A DNA stretch of 64,000 nt from Octopus sinensis. Taxonomy: Eukaryota. The DNA lies in contig NC_042999.1 in the NCBI RefSeq assembly GCF_006345805.1, positions 108,128,001 through 108,192,000 of the forward strand, read 5' to 3'. Positions 63,175 to 64,000 of this stretch are shown here, one piece after another (the stretch's first letter is position 1; every line of letters begins with the position of its first letter). A program made the position numbers and the translations under genes. A model generated the notes under the pieces. It was not told the origin of the DNA and did not search any database. It saw only the letters and a list, made by a program, of their open reading frames with translations.

Positions 63175-63824
63175 GGTTTCAAATTTTGGCAAAGAGCCAG
63201 CAATCTTTGAGGGGAGATGTAAGTCAATTACATCAACCTGGTACTTCACTGGTACTTATTTTATTGATCCTGAAAGGATAAACAGCAAAGTCAACCTTGG
63301 TGGAATTGGAGCTCAGAACACAAAGATGGATGTAATGCCACTAAGCATTCTGTTTGATATGCTTACAGTTCCACCAGCTTGCCACCTTAATAATAATAAT
63401 GGTTTGAAATTTTGAAGGGGATGGGCCTAGCTAATATCAAAGACTTTATTTTATTAACCCTTTATTTTATTAACCCTACAGAGGTTAGAGGTAATACTGA
63501 CTCAGGCAGAATTTGAACACAGGATATAAAGAGTTGTAAGAAATACCACTGCACATTTTGTCCAACATTAACAATTTTGTCATCTAACTTCTAATAATAA
63601 TGATCATAACCCTTTCTGTGATTGATACAAGACATGAAATTTTGGGGGATGGGGATTAGTTGATTATATCAACCCCAGTACTTGGCTGGTAATTATTTCA
63701 ACAAACCAAAAGGATGGAAGGCAAAGTTGACCTTAGTGGCATTTGAACTCAGGACATAAACACAAACAAAATACTGTTATGCATTTTCTCTGGCATTCTA
63801 ATGATTCTGCCATCTCACTGCCTT
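63175..63824 (-). mobile_element. Three head-to-tail SINE family B copies (63175-63388, 63401-63590, 63610-63824) separated by (AAT)n
   Basis: Each unit repeats gcaaagt.gacct...gaatttgaac.cag...ctgccat/ccagct, with taataataat spacers at 63163, 63389 and 63592. Confidence 0.8.
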
Positions 63825-64000
63825 GATAATGATGATGATAATTTTGTGTCTCTTTTTCTCATGCTGGTATGGGTTGAGTGAAATGTAGTAGTCTGAGTCA
63901 GTTTTATTTAGAATTTCTATCTACCTGAGTGCCATGAACTATGTTTCACTTGTATAAACACACAACTGTGACATAGTTTGTGGTCCCTCTAAGAGGGTAG

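Overview
AT-rich (roughly 30% GC by eye, not computed), repeat-dense animal genomic DNA. The SINE, RTE and MITE families match what I recall from octopus genomes, so this is most likely intronic or intergenic coleoid cephalopod sequence. There is no complete recognisable host gene, no true tRNA or rRNA gene and no CRISPR array. The window holds several tRNA-derived SINE families (labelled A, B and C here), 3' fragments of RTE, CR1/L2-like and Rex1/Babar-like LINEs, a 5'-truncated mariner transposase relic with its right TIR, TTAA-flanked piggyBac-like MITEs and many compound microsatellites. A few weak candidate exons are also present. The most notable signal is two short elements, each carrying a minimal type-I hammerhead ribozyme fold with a palindromic (dimer-type) stem III. 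One has the canonical CUGANGA core (17353-17387, minus strand). The other has a rare G3:C8-swapped core, GUGAACA (42167-42217, plus strand), and sits in the loop of an 85-bp fold-back flanked by a 10-bp direct repeat. Family labels are my own, and all protein-family calls come from motifs read by eye, not from database searches.
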